Shown here: one piece after another, positions 49,901 to 63,299 of the stretch
Layout of the letters: each line of letters opens with the position of its first letter
Numbering within the stretch: position 1 is the stretch's first letter
DNA from: Felis catus
Lineage: Eukaryota
Assembly: GCF_018350175.1 (NCBI RefSeq)
Contig: NC_058378.1
Coordinates: 35,588,001 to 35,652,000, forward strand
Reading direction: 5' to 3'
DNA: 64,000 nt
Translations under genes and position numbers: made by a program
Notes under the pieces: generated by a model
What the model saw: the letters and a program-made list of their open reading frames with translations, nothing else
Told to the model about the DNA's origin: nothing
Database searches by the model: none

Positions 49901-52900
49901 ACCAATGGATTTTCTACGTAGATGATCATTTCATATGCAAATAAAGACAATTTGTTTCTTCTTTTCCAAACTGGATGCCTTCTTAAAAATCTTTTCTTGG
50001 GGTACCTGGGTCGCTCAGTTGGTTAAGTGTCCCACTTCAGCTCAGATCATGATCTCACAGCTCATGAGTTTGAGCCCTGCATCCGGTTCTGTGCTGACAG
50101 CTCAGAGCCTGGAAGCTGCTTTGGATTCTGTGTCTCCCTCTCTCTCTGCCCCTCCCCTGAAAATTAAAAAATTGAAAACAAATCTTTTCTTGCCTTATTG
50201 GATTGTCTAGAACTTCTACTACAGTGTTGAATGGGAGTGACAAGAGTGATATTATTATCTTGTTCCTGATCTTAAGGAAAATGCATTAGGTCTATCATCA
50301 TTAAGAATTGTACTAGCTGTGAACTTTCCATGGTGCTCTTTATCAGGTCAAGGATGTTTCCTTCTATTTCTTTCCTTTTTTTTTTTTTTTTTTTTTAACA
50401 TTTATTCATGTTTGAGAGACAGAGAGAGAGAGACAGAACGTGAGCGGAGAGGGGGCAGAGAGAGAGACACACACACAGAATCTGAAGCAGGCTCCAGGCT
50501 CTGAGCTGTCGGCACAGAGCCCACTAAGGGTCTCAAATCCAAAAACTGTGAGATCATGACCTAAGCTGAAGTTGGCCACTTAACTGACTGAACTGCCCAG
50601 GCACCCCCTTCTATTTCTAATTTCTTAGCATTCTCATCATGAATGGGTGCTGGATTTTGTCAAGTTCTTTTTTTTTTTTTTTTTTTTTGCATTTATTGAG
50701 ATAATCAATTGGCTTTTATCCCCTTCACTCTATTAATAAGGTGTATCATATTAATTGATTTTTGGATGTTAAATCAATCTTACAGTCTTGGGATAAACCC
50801 TACCTAGTCATAATGTATTACTCTTTTTATATATTGTTGGATTCAGTTTGCTAAAATTTTGTTAAGAATTTTTATATCAAGGGATATTGGTCAGTAGTTT
50901 TCTTTTTTAGTAGTATCTTTGTCTAGTTTTGATAAAGTGATATTAGCCTCACAGAATGGTTCAGAACTATTCTGTCCTCTTCAACTTCCTGAAAGAGTGT
51001 GTAGAATTGGTGTTATTTCTTACTTAAATATTTGATAGAATTTACCAGTAAAGTCATCTGGGACTGGGAAGGTTTATGACTATAAATTTGATTTCCATAA
51101 TAGATACAGGGGTATTCAGGATATCTATTTATTCTTTAAAAAAATTTTTTTAAACATTTTTATTCATTTTTTGATAGAGAGAGACAGAATGTGAGTGGAG
51201 GAGCGGCAGAGAGAGAGGGAGACATAGAATCTGAAGCAAGCTCCAGGCTCTGAGCTGTCAGCACAGAGCCTGATGTGGGGCTTGAACTCACAGACTGTGA
51301 GATCATGACCTGAGCTGAAGTCGGGCGCTCAACCAACCGAGCCACCCAGGCAGCCAGGATATCTATTTATTCTTGCGTGAGCTTTAGTAGAATTGGCTGA
51401 AAAATTGTGAGGGGTGCTTGGGTGGCTTAGTTGGTTAAGTGTCTGACTTCGGCTCAGATCATGATCTCATGGTTTGTGAGTTCAAGCCCCACATCAGGCT
51501 CTCTGCTATCAGCGCAGAGCCTGCTTTGGATCCTCTGTTCCACCCTCCCCCTCTGCCCCTCCCCTGCTTCTTCTCTCTCTTTCTCTCAAAATAAATAAAT
51601 AAATTAACTTAAAAAAATTGTGGCCATTATTTCTTCTTGACCTCCTCTCCTTTCTTTTGGGGATTCACGTTTTGTGTGTGTGTATGTGTGTGTGTGTATT
51701 ATATAAAATATATATTCCATAATATTGTGTAATTACATAATTATATATTAGGCTGCTTGAGTTGTTCTACAGTATGCTGATGATGTGTTCAATTTTATTT
51801 CTCTGGAAGTTGATATGGATCTTTTTTTATGTCTTCCATATCTCTACTTAACATGTTTGCTTTCTCCTCCAGCTTTTGGAAATATGGATACAGTTACATG
51901 AATGGTTTTACTGTTCTTTGCTAATTCTAATGTCTGTGCCAGTTCTAGGTTTTTATTGATTGATTCTTCTCCTCTTTATGAGTTGCATTTTCTACTTCTT
52001 TGAATGGGTGGTAATTTTTGATGAATGCCAGACATTTTGAATTTTACTTTGTTGAGTACTTTGTATTTTTATTTATTTTTAAAAATATTTATTTATTCTT
52101 GAGAGAGAGACAGAGCATGAGCAGGGGAGGGGCAGAGAGAGAGGGAGATACAGAAATGGAAGCAGGCTCCAGAAGTTGTTAGCACAGAGCCTGACACTGG
52201 CTTGAACCCACAAACCGTGAGGTCATGACCTGAGCTGAAGTCTGGCACTTAACCGACTGAGCCATCCAGCTGCTCTAGTACTTTGTATTTTTATAAATCT
52301 CTTAAAGCTTTCCTCTGGATGCTATTGGAACAGTTTGATCCTTTTGGGTCTTGCTTTTAAAATTTGCTAGGTGGAAACAGAGTAGTGTTTGTCTAGGGCT
52401 AATTTTGCCCCACTACTGATGCAAGACCGTTCCAAGTACTCTACCCAATACCCAGTAAAAAAATGAGCATTTCCAGTCTGACTGGTGGAAACAGCCAAAT
52501 ATTCTTGGCCCTTTAATCTTTTCTGATAGTTCTTTCAGTGGCCTCAGGTACCATCCTCATACACCATGCACTGGCCAGTACTTGAGTATTTAAGGAAGAA
52601 CTGCACGTCTCTGAGGTTGCCTGTCTGTGCAGCTCTCTCCTCTCCAGGAACCTATCCTGCAAATGCCACGAGATAACTTGATTTACTCAGAGATCATCTT
52701 AGCTCCATCTCCTTAACTAAGCTCTGCCTGGGATTCTTCCTCTCTTTGCTGCATCCTGGAAACTCTCAAAGCAGTAAGTTAGGAAAAGTATGTGGCTCAC
52801 CTTGTTGATTTCCTATCTCTGTTGCTTCATTTTCAGTGTCTCAAAAATTGTCTCATGTATTTTGTGCTATGTTTTAATTGTTTCAGGTGGGAGAATAAAT

Positions 52901-52945
52901 CCCGTCCCTGTTACTCCATCTTGGCTGGAAGTGGAAAGTGCTCAG
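46915..52945 (-). mobile_element. Composite antisense L1 block with a nested younger L1 3' end (~48870-49750) and Can-SINEs at 49999-50175(+), 50375-50608(-), 51140-51355(-), 51411-51618(+), 52065-52275(-)
   Basis: L1 3' UTR and ORF2 hallmarks; ORF 47142-47333 resembles the L1 ORF2 C-terminus (MEYYSAFKRKEILTFATTWMNLEDI). Confidence 0.85.
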
Positions 52946-54722
52946 TGCTCTTTTGCTTTCAAAACAGTGCCATTAAAGTGGGAGGCCAGCAGTTCTGGAG
53001 GAGACTGAGGGGGTTATGGGATTGGCTGGAAGGAGAGGAGTGAGTTTAAATAAGAGGGTGTGCATCTCTGTGCCCATAGCTGTATATCTGTCATCCCTGA
53101 TTGCACATCTGTCTGAATGTCTGTCTGCATGCCTGAATGCGTTCTACCAGAGTTCGGGAAGCTGTCTGTGGCTGCCCCCCAGGACAGGGTTCTTCCTTCT
53201 GTCTGCTCAGGTGAAATTCCAGGCTGCTCATACAGTCATCCTGCCAAATTTCTGGATGTCCTATGCCAGAGTTCATCAGGCCTGGGCCGGCCTGTGGACA
53301 GGCTGCAGATGAGCCAACCAGACATTTGCCTTATGTAATTCTGATTGGGAAGACAGGGTGGGAGCCGAATGGCCTTTCTGTTTTGAGTCTGCTGGGGCTA
53401 GTCTGAGGGCTCTGCCTCTCCTTTCCCTTCCCACAGGCCCCAGGCTGACCCTTCTGTGGTTTGTAGCTTGCATGCTGGTCTCTCTGGGCATAGGAGGGCT
53501 CTGGGTGTTGCCATTGGCCCAGCCCAGGTCTTGGAGGAACACAACCTAGTGTGTGCCAGCCTTTAGCGGAGATTTCTCTTCTTCTCCACTTGCTCCCCTC
53601 ACCCATGCTAGGGGCTAGGCAAGGGTTCATGTTGCCCAGGCCACTCCCATAGCAACCAGCTCATTCTGATGCCTTTTTTCCTAAGAGTGGGCAATAGGAC
53701 ATAAAGCTGTGTCTATAGCAAGAAGCAAATTTCCCATGATAATTGGAATAGATGAACAGTGTATATTTACTTATCAAATTTGATATTTAATTATCAAATT
53801 AAATTTGGTTCAAGGCCCCACTTGTCAAGATGGATAATCGGCCCAAGAATTCTAGACCTTATGCAGACTAAAAAAAAAAAAAAAAGTGAGGATTTAATCC
53901 AATTAAGTATCTAAAGTGTGTATATCTCTAGTAGTCTACTGATTTAGCTCCCTGGGAAATCTAGATTTGGGGGAGATGTTCTCACAGGTCCATAAGGGGA
54001 CATGTATATGTTCACTATGGCATTGTATATGGTGATGTGGATTTGGAGGCAAATTGGCCGATGTCCTGCCTGGAGTAAGATGAGAACCAGGTGCAGGAAA
54101 GGACTGACGGTGCAATGTCTCTCATTCCATAATGCCTTTGTTGAACTCCTGTGATGGGCTGCTCAGAGTGATGTGTTACGTTGCTGGGAAGCTCAGACTG
54201 TGCTGGAATCACATCTCCTTGCAGACGATTATAGTGACTTTGCTAATTTGGGAATGGGTGTATGCATTTGGGAGTAACATCATGTATTCATGTATTCATT
54301 CGTTCAGTCATTCATTCATCCTTTCATTCACAAAACAGTTATAGGGCAACAGCCTCTGCTAGGTTTTGGAGATGCAGGGGTCTCTGCTGACAAGCCAGTG
54401 GGGGAGGCAGATATTAAACAAATAAACATGTCATCATATTGATGATTCTGGCAATAAAGGAAAATAACATCATTTGTATGACAGAACTAAGGTTCATAGG
54501 GGATAGATAAAGGAAGACCTCTCTGAAAAAGGAACTTTGAAATGAGACCTGAGAGCTGAATAGAGCTAAGTGTATTCTAGGTGGGATAATGCAGACACGA
54601 GGGTCCTGAGGCCTTCAAAAATGGCTCTTCCTGGCTCTAGTGAGGCATGTGAGCTGGAGTGAGCAGAGGAGAGGAGCCTGGGGGCAGAGGCAGGGCTAGG
54701 AACATGCAGAGCCTACTGCTTG

Positions 54723-54817
54723 ATAAGATGGCCACATAATTTATCATCCAGACTAGGGCACATTTGAGACTGAGAGGCGTGATACTAATAATAATGTCAG
54801 GATAACAGGTCACCCTA
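54723..54817 (+). mobile_element. MER94-like hAT-Blackjack element in an L2
   Basis: CATAATTTATCATCCAGAC...TTTGAGACTGA...TAATAATAA...GGTCACCCTA. Confidence 0.6.
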
Positions 54818-56695
54818 CTTGTAGGTCAAGGTAAAGAGTTTCATTCTCAAGGATGTGAGAAGCCACTGGGGTCTTGAGGAAAGAGAGATGTGACCTGGTT
54901 TGCACCTGGAGCCTGAAATGGGGCCGTAGCACTGAGAAACCTTCCATCATGTTTCCTATATGCATGTAGGAGCCTCTTGAAAAAGGTTTGGGCAATATCA
55001 GAAATCTGGGCGTGAGAGTGGCAGATAAGAGCACCTGTTGAGTCTTGCAGGCTGGGCGGAGAGCTGGCGTGTAGCAGCACCTCCCCCCAAGCCCCCCACC
55101 CAATGGCCCTGTTTGAGTGTGCCACCTGTCTCTAGCCTGCTTCTAGGCAGATGCTTCTCCCAGCAAGTGAATCTGTCCCCATTTGGAGACAGTGATGAGA
55201 ACTTTCCCCATGGGTGCTATAGACTTGGTGGGGAGGGAATGCTCAGTTCTGCCCCAGCAGCAGGTAGAGGTAGGAAGAGAACAACCCTTTTATAACAACC
55301 TAATGCAACTTGACTCTCAATGACTTTACAAAGCAAGAGTGTGACATTTATCACTAAAGTGACAGGGTCTCTGGCATCCTGATCTTTACCTTCCTGTGGG
55401 AATTATCCATACCCTCCCCCCCCCCCACCACCACTTTACTCACTCATTCCATTGTCTGCCCAAGCAGAGTCCACAGCTGGCTCTGGGGCTCACACATGGG
55501 AGAGTGATCATGGTGTCACCCCTCCCCATGCACAAACAGATCCACAGACCCAGGTCCAGAGGACAAAACACAAACTCCTACCATCAGAGAGCTTGGGGGT
55601 AGACAGAACGCAGAAGAGATGGTAGCTTTGGAGGGAACCAAATTTCCCAAACTCCCCAAAGTTGTCTGTGCACATAGCCAGCAAATCAGTCTTTCTCCAG
55701 CTGGGCCCCAGGTCTCTTCCATGAGAGTAAGAGACAGCCAAGGGTGAGAACTACATGTGGCAGGCACTGTCCATTGCACACCCAGCAGCCATCCTCTTTC
55801 CTTCCCTGTTGATAGTGTGACTTGTACATCTAGCAACTGGAGGGTCTTGGTCTTTGGGAAGTTGGGACCCTGGGCCTGCTCCCAGCCCCAGGAGATGAGT
55901 TGTGATTGGTTTAAATGAACTATGGCAACTCTTTCTCCTGGCTTCTGATTGGTCTCGATGGGGGAAGGTGGCGGATAGGGATCCAGTTCTGGCAAATGAC
56001 ATACAAGAGGAAGTCTCCTCTTCCCAAATAAAAAGACAAAGGGTTGGCTGGAGAATTCTTTCTCACCCTTGTCTCTAACCTCTTTTCCTCTCTGGACTGC
56101 GACATAATGCTTGGTGGTACAGCAGCCACTTGGTCACCGGAATGCAAGAAGTTGGAATGTAAGGGGGATAGAGCGGAAAGATAGAGATTGTTTGAAGTCC
56201 TCGTTGAGCTGCGCCAGTCCTGGATGACGTGTCTCTGGCCTTCTTGTTACGTGAGACAAATAACGTCTACTTGTTTAAGGGGCTGTACCCAGGCATCCGC
56301 AATCCACAGCCTAAGTGTGGCCCTTATTCTCACCCCTGTAAAGCAGCTGGGGCTTCCGGTTTGGGGACCCCTACCCCCATCGTTAAAGGAAGAATTGAAT
56401 GACACAGAGAAGTAAGAGGCTCCTAAGATCATGAACACCAGCTTGTCTTCTTTCCTAGCAGGATGACCTTGGGTGAATCAACCTCACTGGGTCTTAGTCT
56501 CCTCATCTGCACAGTGGAAGCAATAACGAACACTTGCCCCAGGATTGTTGGGAAGGAAGTGAGAAAATAAATGGGATAATGAGAAAGAAAGCAGGAAATC
56601 CCTGGATGTAAAGTAAAGTAGCTGTTCAATAAAAGTCAGCTCGCTTCCCTCTTTGGGAGTTACATGGAGCCACCCCTCCAACTCTGGCTGTCAAG

Positions 56696-56696
<1 letters not shown>

Positions 56697-56755
<59 letters not shown>
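56697..56755. repeat. (CA)~29 microsatellite
   Basis: Directly visible. Confidence 0.97.
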
Positions 56756-56757
<2 letters not shown>

Positions 56758-57559
56758 TGCATGTCACCCTTATTACCAGGAGAGGGTTTTGCATTATGGA
56801 ACCTTGAGTTTTAAATTAAGTGTCAAATATAATTTGGCCACACTAAGAATTAATTATATGACTGCCCTTAGAAAAGCCAGGAAGCTCTGCTCTGAGTGTG
56901 AAATTGGTGTCTGCCCACAAGGGAGGGAACCTCCTTCCCAACCAGTAAGAGTGAATGGAAGGGGACAAGAATGGTGTTTGCATGGTCGGGGCGTTTCCCA
57001 CCTTGGACCCTCCGGAGCAGGGCTCCTTGAGGAGTGGCCAAGGGGTAGGGCTGAGGGGGCAGAGATGAAAACATTGCTGGGAGGTGTCCTCCCTGTCACA
57101 GCCACAGCTAGCTCCGCCCCCCACGGCTTGTGCCCATCTGTCAGCTGCAGACACACATGTGGCTGGTGTCAGTCCTTCTCCTTTAAGGGAAGGGAAACAT
57201 TTCCTGAAGGGGGGTGGGGGAAGAGGGAGACATGTGGCCAGAAGGGAGGCCACATTTGTCTCGATGACAAACCAAGGACAAAAGCTCAGTCTGGAGCATT
57301 CCAGGAGGGGCCTGCCTCCTCCTGAGGGTGGAGAGAGCCTTCCTCCCCCGGCCTCAGGGCCCAGGGCATGTTTTGAGTGGGGGAGACATGTGCAGGGCAT
57401 GAGCAACTGGGCATGGGCATCCAGAACCCAACCCCAGTCGACAGCTGCCACCCCCCAGCCAGCCTCCCTGCTCTGAGGAGTCTGGGTTTAATTTTCTGGT
57501 CAGTGCTAAAAGGAGGAGGAAGAGGACGACGAGGAGGAGAAGAAAGGAGCGAGCTGAGG

Positions 57560-58120
57560 CTCTAATGCAGTCGGCTGGGATCTGTCACTCAGCGCACAGC
57601 CCGCTGACGACTCAGGGCAGCCCCAGCTGTAAGCAGCCCATGATTTATGGACACCGAGTGAACTCCTGCGGCAGAAACCAGCCTTGAGATCAGAGCGGCA
57701 ATNNNNNNNNNNNNNNNNNNNNNNNNNNNNNNNNNNNNNNNNNNNNNNNNNNNNNNNNNNNNNNNNNNNNNNNNNNNNNNNNNNNNNNNNNNNNNNNNNN
57801 NNNNNNNNNNNNNNNNNNNNNNNNNNNNNNNNNNNNNNNNNNNNNNNNNNNNNNNNNNNNNNNNNNNNNNNNNNNNNNNNNNNNNNNNNNNNNNNNNNNN
57901 NNNNNNNNNNNNNNNNNNNNNNNNNNNNNNNNNNNNNNNNNNNNNNCTGGAGGGAGAGGGGAAAGGAGGAGGGGGGAAAATAGGGGGGACAAACAACTTT
58001 CTTGAGAGACCGCCCAACCCCAGCCCTGGGATCTCTGACATACCTTCTGCAAATGTGCTCATCAGAGGGGAAACATCTTTATTCCGCGGAGCCATTTTTC
58101 ATGCCCTAACAGACCAGTCT
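57560..58120. promoter_or_regulatory. Putative developmental enhancer / CNE (partly N)
   Basis: TGATTTATGG at 57641-57650, TGTCA at 57583-57587, local CpG retention, N-run 57703-57946. Confidence 0.55.
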
Positions 58121-58526
58121 AGGAGAGCAGAGTGGTGAGGAGAAGCCAGTGGAGGGATGGACTGAGGTCTGCAGGGAAGGGGATGGAGGGGCAATGGGGA
58201 GGAGAGCACAGAAAGAGAGCAGGGTGGAAACAGAAGACAGAATCCCCCCAGCCCCAGGTTCAGAACATTCCCCTGTTGTTCTTGGGGCTGCTGCGTGGAT
58301 GGTGGGGTAAGCGTCAGGATTAACTCTGTCATGTCAGGGCATGGAGTATGTAAGGCTAATGCCGGAAAGGTTTTTTGTCTGAGCCCTTTGCCTTTATTTG
58401 GTTGTCTTGCTACCACACAGATGTACTATCTGGATTAAAATTTACAGATTTCCATGGGTGTGGTTAACTCAGGGGAAGGTAGACTCTTATTTCCATGCAA
58501 ACGGACTTTAAAAATATAATGACTTT

Positions 58527-58736
58527 GGGGCGCCTGGGTGGCTCAGTCGATTGGGCCTCTGACTTCGGCTCAGGTCATGATCTCGTGGTTTATGGGTTCG
58601 AGCCCCGCGTCCGGCTCTGTGCTGACAGCTCAGAGCCTGGAGCCTGCTTCGGATTCTGTGTCTCCCTCTCTCTCTGCCCCTCCCCCCTCCCTCTCTGTCT
58701 TTCTCTCTCCTTCAAAAATAAATAAACATTAAAAAT
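58527..58736 (+). mobile_element. SINEC_Fc
   Basis: TSD ATATAATGRCTTT. Confidence 0.93.
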
Positions 58737-61700
58737 ATATATAATGGCTTTTTAGAAAAACTACGTGTAAATATTAGCCAGGTTACTGATTTTTAAACAG
58801 AGGATGCAATTAAAGCCAGAGCTAAAGAAATATAACTAAGTACTGTTAGATCCCATATTCAACACGAAACCAATACTTACCAAGTGATTATTGTGTACCA
58901 GGAACTGTGCTGACAGCTTTGGGTTCACATTTCTTATCTGAGTCCTCATAACCCCCATGGCCCTGATGCCATCCCATTTTACAGGTAGGTTAAGTTACAT
59001 GTCCAAGGTTACACAGCTAGTTAGGATTGGACCCAATATCATCTGGCTCCAGAGTCCGTTCTCTAAACCACAACACTATATTTTCCTCAATTTATCCTGA
59101 ACCATTTACATTTCTAGTTAATGACATTGGTGGATACTGGTCTCTTTTGGCTTCAAGAGCCATCATAGACGGATTTTCTTCTGCCATTGGCAATCCTCCC
59201 ACTCTGAGCCTCTGTGGATGGTGGACTCATTGATAAACTGGAAGAGGACTATTAGATTGACTTGAAAGTCCTTGCACTTAGCATCATTTGCTCTGGAATC
59301 TTCCCTTGTCTGTGGGGGGAACAGTGGTGTGCTGGAGTGCCCCCCAACTCCATTGAGGGACATGATGTTGGAGGCTTGAAATTGACCACGGTAGGAATAC
59401 TAGGAAAATGGCAAATGCTACAAGTTAGGGTTTTTTGTTGTTGTTGTTGGTTTGTTGGTTGGTTTCCTGAAGAGCTGGCTATTAAATATTCACCAGCACA
59501 CGGCTGGGAAGGACCCATGCTGTAGCTCATGGTAATTTCTCTCCATCAGAGGGAAGTGCAGAGAGCACTGGTGAGTGAGTCTAGAGACCTGAGTTCTAGA
59601 CCTGGCTTTGCCAGTAAGGGATCCTGACCTGAGCTTTGTCCTCATTTGTATCAGGTGGTATCTTAGGTGCCACCATAGCCACAGGATTAGGTATAAAAGT
59701 ATTTTCATAAAGAGCTTGAAGCCACAAAATGAAGCTTAATTGAATTTACATTTTTGCTCACAAATGTAAAGTGTCTCCCCCATACCCATGTAGAATAGGG
59801 CTAAGGCTGTGGGTATTTGTGCAAAGCACATGTTGCTGTATGAACTGTATAGGTGTAGAAAACATTCTGCTTGCTCATTCTTCACCATTTTTGGAGCAAG
59901 ACAGACTAGGGTAGAAAGCCATCACTTCCTTCCTCTGTGACCTTAGGTTGGTTAGCTTCTCTGTGTTTCTATTTGCTCCACTGGGAAATGAGCATACTCA
60001 ATAGTGTCTATTCACAAGGTGCTGTGAAGAGTGAATGAGATCATGCCCATTGAATGTTGGGCACTGACTTGGTGCATGGCAAGTGCTGGGTACCTCCTTG
60101 GTGTTGCTGCATTTCTTCCCTGCAGTGTTTCTTTCCCTGGGTAGGGGGGAAGGTGCCCCACACCCACCTCACAGCTGCCAGAGCCCCTGTATGGGCAGCC
60201 AGGGATGAGAAAGAGGGGCTGCTGTCACCTGACTCCTCCGCTGGAACCTCCCAGCCCCCCAGCAGTTATGCAAACTTTTTTGTGTTTGTTAAGCTCCTAC
60301 TGCTGGGAGGAAGGTGTGATCCCAGAGTCTCACGTTCTCAGGTGTGGAGGCACTGGCCCTAGGGGCACGACCCTGGATTCTACAGGCAGGTCAGCTGGAA
60401 AGACACCAAATAGGCTGTGGAACTCTGAGTCCACTCACCCTGAGCCAGTGTGCCCTCTGCCTACGTGGTTCAGAAATGCCCTTCCACACGAGTCGCTTCT
60501 GGTCCTTGCAGGGGGTTGGGGGGTGGAGGGCGTGGTCCTCTCCTTGTCCTCTGGTGGTGAGCATCTGTGGCATGGCCTCCACCTGCCTGCTGTGCACTGG
60601 CCTTGGCTCTGGGAGACTCTGGCTCTCTAATGTCACGCCTCTGCATGCTCCAGGTGACTCCCCCACAGTGTCTGAACATGGGCACAGGGTGTTCTCTGTT
60701 TTCATCTTTCTGCAGTCCCTGTCTCCCAATCCTGGGAGACAGATGGATCTACTGGCTTGGATGCATGCCCCACCTCCCTCATCCTCTCTCCCAATGCTCT
60801 GTCTACAGCTCATCCTGCAATGCACCTTCCACTCCTCCCTGTCCTGGGTTTGTTTCCGTTTACTTTCTTGGCCCCCATCCCAGTTACCTACCGTCCTATG
60901 TGCCTTGTAATACTACCTACCTACCTTGCAATACTTTCTGGACCTTTGATTTAAGATTTTCTGAGGCTTGAGCAGGGTAGTGATGAGTGGACCCAGGACC
61001 TCCAACAAAGTCAGGACCCAAGGCTCCATCCCTAGGTTCTGCTCCTCCTGGTAATGTCATCTTCTTCCCGCTGCTTCTCCTCACAGCAGAGTCATGGCTG
61101 CTGAAGCTGTGGCCTCACATCAGTGCCCATAGAGGATGAAGATACCTATCCCTGGTCTAGTTATAAAACCCTGGGAAGAACTCAATTATCCGAGCTTGGG
61201 ACATGTGCTCAACTCTGGATGCATCCCTGTGCAGGCAGTCAGCAGATGGGGTACTAGGATGGGCCAGGCATGGGCCACTTGCTGGCTCTTGTGCATGGTC
61301 AGATGAAGTGTTGTCCAGAAGAAGGGGGATGCTATGCTGAGCAGGGAAGCATGACTCCACTGCAGGTGGAGATGGTCGGCCCCAATATTCCAGCATTAGC
61401 AACAACATGCCTAAGCCAAGTTGTGTGGGGGCACTAGGTTCAGACACAGACGATGCTGCTCCATCAAGGATTTGTCTCAGGAGAGCCACATTCATGTTTG
61501 GAGCTAGAGGACGATATTTTACTTTTATTTTTATTTTTTATGAACCAGAAGTGGTTATTGCAGAAATTTGGCCAAGGTTGCAGTTGGGTGACTCCAGCTG
61601 AGGTTGGGCCAGGGCTCTCTTCCAGGACTGGGCAGGTGGGACGAAGAGAAAGCAGACAGAGTGTGTCTGGGCCTGGGGTCTCAGAGCTGTAGGTGATGTT

Positions 61701-62261
61701 GGGAGATGGGCTGCAGGAGAGGCCTGTGCTATTGGGCTCCACGTTCAGGGCCTTTACACACCATCCTCCATCACCATGAAGAACCTTTTGAATTGTTAAT
61801 TCCCAAGCAGTGACACTGACAATTCATCTAGTAACAAATGTGTTCCCTTCCCAAAGGCCCCAGTGGGGTCAGTCAGGAGCTGAACCTTGCCTTCTGCATT
61901 GTGGGCTCTCCCCGCCTCACCAGTCACAGACATCATGGACATTCAGACATGCCACCACCTGGCTCCCCTTGGCCTGCAGAGCCCTGGCCTGCTTTATAAC
62001 CCTGGCAGGTGAGCCTTGGGACAGCCCAGGAAAAAGGAGGGATTCAAGACCTGTGATAAGGTAGAATGCTGCCCAGAGAAAGTGGGGTCAGGATAAAGAG
62101 GGGGTATTCACTCAAAGTTTGAATTCATTGGTGGAGGTCTAACTGGGAGTCAGAAGAGAAAGCACTTTGCCCTAAACTTTGCTGCCCCAGGGCTGTGAAA
62201 GGACAGCACAGGTACAGGGCCTGTGGGGGTGGGTCTTCTCTGTGGGCAAAACTCCCACACT

Positions 62262-62285
62262 CTTTTTTTAAGTTTATTTATTTAT

Positions 62286-62349
<64 letters not shown>

Positions 62350-62491
62350 TGGGGGAAGGGGCAGAGAGAGAGAGACAGAAAATCCCAAGGGGGGATCTGA
62401 CATGGGGCTCAATCCCACGAACCATTTGACCATGACCTGAGCCAAAACCAAGAGTGAGACTCTTAACTGACTGAGCCACCCAGACACCCCC
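62262..62491 (-). mobile_element. Can-SINE with a long (GA)n tract
   Basis: TSD CCCACACT; about 28 GA units at 62289-62344. Confidence 0.9.
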
Positions 62492-62734
62492 AAATCCCAC
62501 ACTTTTAATACTTCTTGCTACCTGGTGGGCCAGAGTGGCCAGGATGGGTGGAAACAAGGACTGTTTCTGTTAGGGGCAAGGCCTAGGTTTTGAACTGGGA
62601 TAAAACCTGGCTGGAGAGAGGGCTTGTTTGGGGAGGCAGTCAAGGTACAATAGACGATAATAGCCGAGTCAGCACTGGGTCCCCGCCCGAGATTTGTCTC
62701 CTGCCCACAGGCCTCCTGGCCATCTTACCCCTAC

Positions 62735-63185
62735 TGTTTGGGTACAATTGCTACATAATAAAGCACCCAAACTGTTTTATTATATCACAGATTCTGTGGG
62801 CCAGGAATTTGGATAGGCCACAGTGAGAATGGTTTGCCTCTGAGGACCTCGGCTGGGCTGACTCAAAGGCTGAGCGAATCATCTGGAAAAGTCTGGAGTT
62901 TCCACATGAACGTTCTGCAGAGGCTACTTTGGGCTTCCTCACAGCATGGCAGCTGGATTCCAGGAACAGTCACCCTCAGAGAGCCGACAGAAGTTGCGTG
63001 GCCTTTTCTAGTATAGCCATAGAAGTCATGCAGTGCCACTTCTGCCACATTCTATTCATGGCAGCAGTAACAAGCCAGCACAGATTGAACGGGAAAGGAA
63101 TTACTTCTTCTTCCTGGGGAGAGGCAAGGTGATACTGTAAGAAGGGTTTATGGGACAGGAGATGTCATTGAGGCCATTATACAAC
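62735..63185 (-). mobile_element. MLT1-family LTR
   Basis: TCACAGATTCTGTGGGCCAGGAATTTGG...GGGCTTCCTCACAGCATGGCAGCTGG...CACTTCTGCCACATTCTATT. Confidence 0.7.
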
Positions 63186-63299
63186 CAGCCCCACTTTTGC
63201 AAAATCAACTGCCACACCCATAAATTTGGAAAGATGAGGAAGTCCAGTGGTGAGCACAGGCTCATCCTTACTTCACAGAGGGAACAGATGAGGCTATAG

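Noticed and set aside
56789-57476. Overlapping 178-, 202- and 130-aa ORFs
   Set aside because: Several begin at non-ATG codons, there is no recognisable homology or exon structure, and they are consistent with chance in GC-moderate DNA.
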